Below are positions 60,828-64,000 of a stretch of DNA of 64,000 nt, piece by piece. Source of the DNA: the human T2T-CHM13v2.0 reference genome, Homo sapiens; NCBI RefSeq assembly GCF_009914755.1, contig NC_060938.1; one strand, given 5' to 3'. The notes under the pieces were generated by a model. It was not told the origin of the DNA, searched no databases, and saw only the letters and a list, made by a program, of their open reading frames with translations. Numbering within the stretch: position 1 is the first letter of the stretch; the number at the start of each line of letters is the position of its first letter. Made by a program: the position numbers and the translations under genes.

Positions 60828-61228
60828 TTTCACGCACGTCCCTGTGAAGAGACCACCAAACAGGCTTTGTGTGAGCAACAAGGCTGTTTATTTCACCTGG
60901 GTGCAGGCGGGCTGAGTCCGAAAACAGAGTCAGGGAAGGGAGATAGGGGTGGGGCCATTTTATAGGATTTGGGTAGGTAGTGGAAAATTACAGTCAAAGG
61001 GGGTTGTTTTATGGCTGGCAGGGGTGGAGGTCACAAGGTGCTGAGTTGGGGAGCTTTTGAACCAGGATGAGCCAGGAGAAGGAATTTCACAAGGTAATGT
61101 CATCAGTTAAGGCAGGAACAGGCCATTTTCACTTCTTTTGTGATTCTTCAGTTACTTCAGGCCATCTGGATGTATATGTGCAGGTCACAGGGGATACGAT
61201 GGCTTAGCTTGGGCTCAGAGGCCTGACA
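60828..61228 (-). mobile_element. HERV-H 3' LTR (LTR7 family)
   Basis: The minus strand starts tgtcaggcctctgagcccaagctaagcc, has tataaa and aataaa, and ends gtgcgtgaaa; preceded by the polypurine tract aagaaggcaggaa. Confidence 0.95.
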
Positions 61229-64000
61229 TTCCTGCCTTCTTATATTAATAAGAAAAATAACATAAAATAGTATTGAAGTGTTGGGGCAGTGAAAATTTTG
61301 GGGGGGTGGCATGGAGAGATAATGGGCGATGTTTCTCAGGGCTGCTTCAAGCGGGATTAGGGGTGGCGTGGGAACCCAGAGTGGGAGAGATTCAGCTGAA
61401 GGAAGATTTCGTGGTAAGGGGTGATATTGCAGGGTTGTTAGAAGGAGCATTTGTCATATAGAATAATTGGTGATGGCCTGGATGTTGTTTTGTATGAATT
61501 GAAAAACTAAGCGGAAGACACAAGGTCCGAATAAGAGAAGGAGAAAAACTGGTATTAAAGGACTACGAATTGGGAGGACACAGGACATCCAATTAGAGAG
61601 TGCCCAAGGAGGTTCAGCATAGCCCTGCCAGCAAAGATTATTGATTTACTTTAAGAGGGAGTTAAGAGTGGTGGTTTGGGGATAGCACCAGGAGATATCA
61701 GCTGTGATGGCCTGGAGAAACAGTGTAAACCGGCAGTGTAAACAAGAGCAGGGCATTTATGAGTAGTTGAGAACAGTGAATAAGAGTATGACTAGGCAGA
61801 AGATAGTACAGATAACAAGTTTTTGGGGCACAGTCCAAGTTGGGCTGCTGTCTGGAATAAGACTGGGGCCTAATAAAAAGGAGTGTCTATATAGGAGCTC
61901 AAATGGGCTGTACCCTGTAGCATTCCAAGGACACGCCCGAATTTTGAGAAGGGAAAGTGGTAAAAGTATTGTCTAGTCCTTTTTAAGTTGGTGGCTGAGC
62001 TCGGGGAGGTGTGTTTTTAAAAGACCATTAGTCTGTTCCATTCTACCTTTCCTGAAGATTGAGGATGGTAAGGGGTATGAAGGTTCCACTGAATACCAAG
62101 AGCCTGAGAAACTGCTTGGGTGATTTGACTAATAAAGGCCGGTCCGTTATTGGACGGTATAGAGGTAGGAAGGCCAAACTGAGGAATTATGTCTGACAGA
62201 AGGGAAGAAATGACTGCGGTGGCCTTCTCAGACCCTGTGGGAAAGGCCTCTACCCATCCAGTGAAAGTGTCTATCTAGACCGAGACGTATTTTAGTTTCC
62301 TGACTCAGGGCATGTGAGTAAAGTCAATTTGCCAGTCCTGGGCAGGGGCAAATCCCCGAGCTTGATGTGTAGGGAAGGGAGGGGCCCTGAACAATCCCTG
62401 AGGAGTAGTAGAACAGCAGATGGAACACTGAGAAGTGATTTCCTTGAGGATAGATTTCCACGATGGAAAGGAAATGAGAGGTTCTAAGAGGCAGACTAGC
62501 AGCTTATAACCTACATGGAAGAGGTTATGAAATGACGACAGAATAGAATGGGCCTGTGAGGCTGGAAGGAGATATGTTCCTTGGTCCAAGAACCATTTGC
62601 CTTGTGTGGGAAGAGATTGATAGGTGGAAGTTTCAGTAGGGGAGTAAGTGGGAGTGACCGATGAGAAGGAGAAAAACTGCCATGAGGGAGAGAAGTTGGA
62701 ACGCTAGCTGCTTCTTTAGCTACCTTATCAGCATAAGCGTTGCCCTGAGCAATGGGATCTGATGCCTTTTGATGGCCCTTGCAGTGAATGACTCCAGCTT
62801 CCTTTGGAAGTAAAGCGGCTTTGAGAAGAGTTTTTATTAAAGAGGCATTAATGATGGAGGACCCTTGTGTAGTGAAGAAATTTCTTTCTGCCCATATAAC
62901 AGCATGGTGGGGCAGGATATGGAAGGCATAGTTAGAGTCAGTATAAATATTGACATGTAGTCCTTTTGCAAGAGTAGGGCTTGAGTTAAGGAAATGAGTT
63001 TGGCTTGCTGAGAGGTAGTGGAGGGGAGCAGAAAGTATATGTGTCAGGTGTGAGGAAGAAAATAGATTTTGGAAGTTATGAGAACTGTAGAGAGTGACTG
63101 TAGAGAGTTGAGCATAGTTTGTGATTTTTAGGACCTCTAAAAGTATTAAGGCAGCAGCAGCCACCGCACACAGACATGAGGGCTAGGCTAAAACAGTAAA
63201 GTCAAGTTGTTTGGATAAAGAGGCCACAGGGCATGGTCCCAGTCCTTGTGTAAGAATTTTGACTGCACAGCCCTGCACTTCAGCTGTGTTAATGAAAAAG
63301 GGTTGGGATGAGTTAGGGAGAGCTAGTGTGGGAGCAGCTTCTAGGGCTGTTTTTAAGGAATGGAAAGGAGTGGCAAAAGGATTTGGGATCTGTGGGGTCA
63401 GCCAGGTTTGCTTTTGTGAGTTTATATAATGGTTTAGTCAGGATGGAAAAACGAGGTATCCAAAGGTGGAAGTACCTAACCATGCCTAGGAAGGAAAGGA
63501 GTTGTCGTTTTGTAGAAGGGGTCAGGGTTTGGGAGATTAGCTGGACACGATCAGCAGGGAGAGCACGTGTGTTTTTATGAGAACTATGTCGAGATAGGTA
63601 ACACATGAGGAAGAAATTTGGGCTTGACTGAAGTAATGGGGGCTGTCTGTGAAGCCTTGCGGGAGTACAGCCCAGGTAATTTGCTGAGCCTGATGGGTGT
63701 CAGGGTCAGTCCAAGTGAAAGCGAAGAAAGACTGGGATGAAGGGTGCAAAGGAATAGTAAAGAAAGCATGTTTGAGATCCAGAACAGAATAACGGGTTGT
63801 GGAGGGAGGTATTGAGGATAGGAGAGTATATGGGTTTGGCACCATGGGGGGGATAGGCAAAACAATTTGGTTGATAAGGTGCGGATCCTGAACTAACCTG
63901 TAAGGCTTGTCTGGTTTTTGGACAGGTAAAATGGGGGAATTGTAAGGAGAGTTTATAGGTTTTAGAAGCCCATGCTGTAGCAGGTGAGTCATCACAGGCT
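61229..64000 (-). mobile_element. HERV-H internal region (runs off the window)
   Basis: Contiguous with LTR7 through the polypurine tract; contains pol remnants; only ~1 kb lies between the integrase start and the LTR, so env is largely deleted. Confidence 0.93.
61900..64000 (-). pseudogene. pol: HERV-H pol remnant (RT, RNase H, integrase), frameshifted and deleted
   Basis: SPYNSPILPVQKPD..YRLVQD, VLDLKHAFFTIPL, VLPQGFTDSP (RT); NIYTDSNYAF..HCKGHQ..GNAYAD (RNase H); WQIDFTHMP (integrase). No YxDD motif. Left boundary approximate. Confidence 0.9.

Overview
Eukaryotic, primate (human-like) intergenic or intronic DNA made mostly of transposable elements. No host protein-coding gene, RNA gene or CRISPR array is supported, and almost all short ORFs in the track are chance or repeat-derived. 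Main content: (1) a ~96-copy 18-bp VNTR (631-2360) that arose inside an old antisense L1 and is open in one frame (MRGLDR)n; (2) a full-length ~6.03-kb L1PA2/L1PA3-type LINE-1 (21772-27796, 14-bp TSD) with two nonsense codons in ORF1, an uninterrupted 1275-aa ORF2 and an intact antisense ORF0; (3) a complete THE1 MaLR provirus with a CCATT TSD (50193-52467); (4) the 3' part of a pol/env-deleted HERV-H with its LTR7, nested in a MER4-type LTR (60828-64000); (5) eleven Alus, many solo LTRs, DNA-transposon MITEs and long decayed L1M tracts; (6) two GC-rich, less repetitive blocks (~2.4-11.5 kb and ~40.7-47.3 kb) with L2/MIR remnants, a ~200-bp inverted duplication and candidate enhancer-like islands. 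Subfamily names come from recalled consensus sequences, not from a database search. I found no convincing wholly new biological system. The best leads are the VNTR, the ORF2-only L1, the inverted duplication and several repair-type insertion scars.
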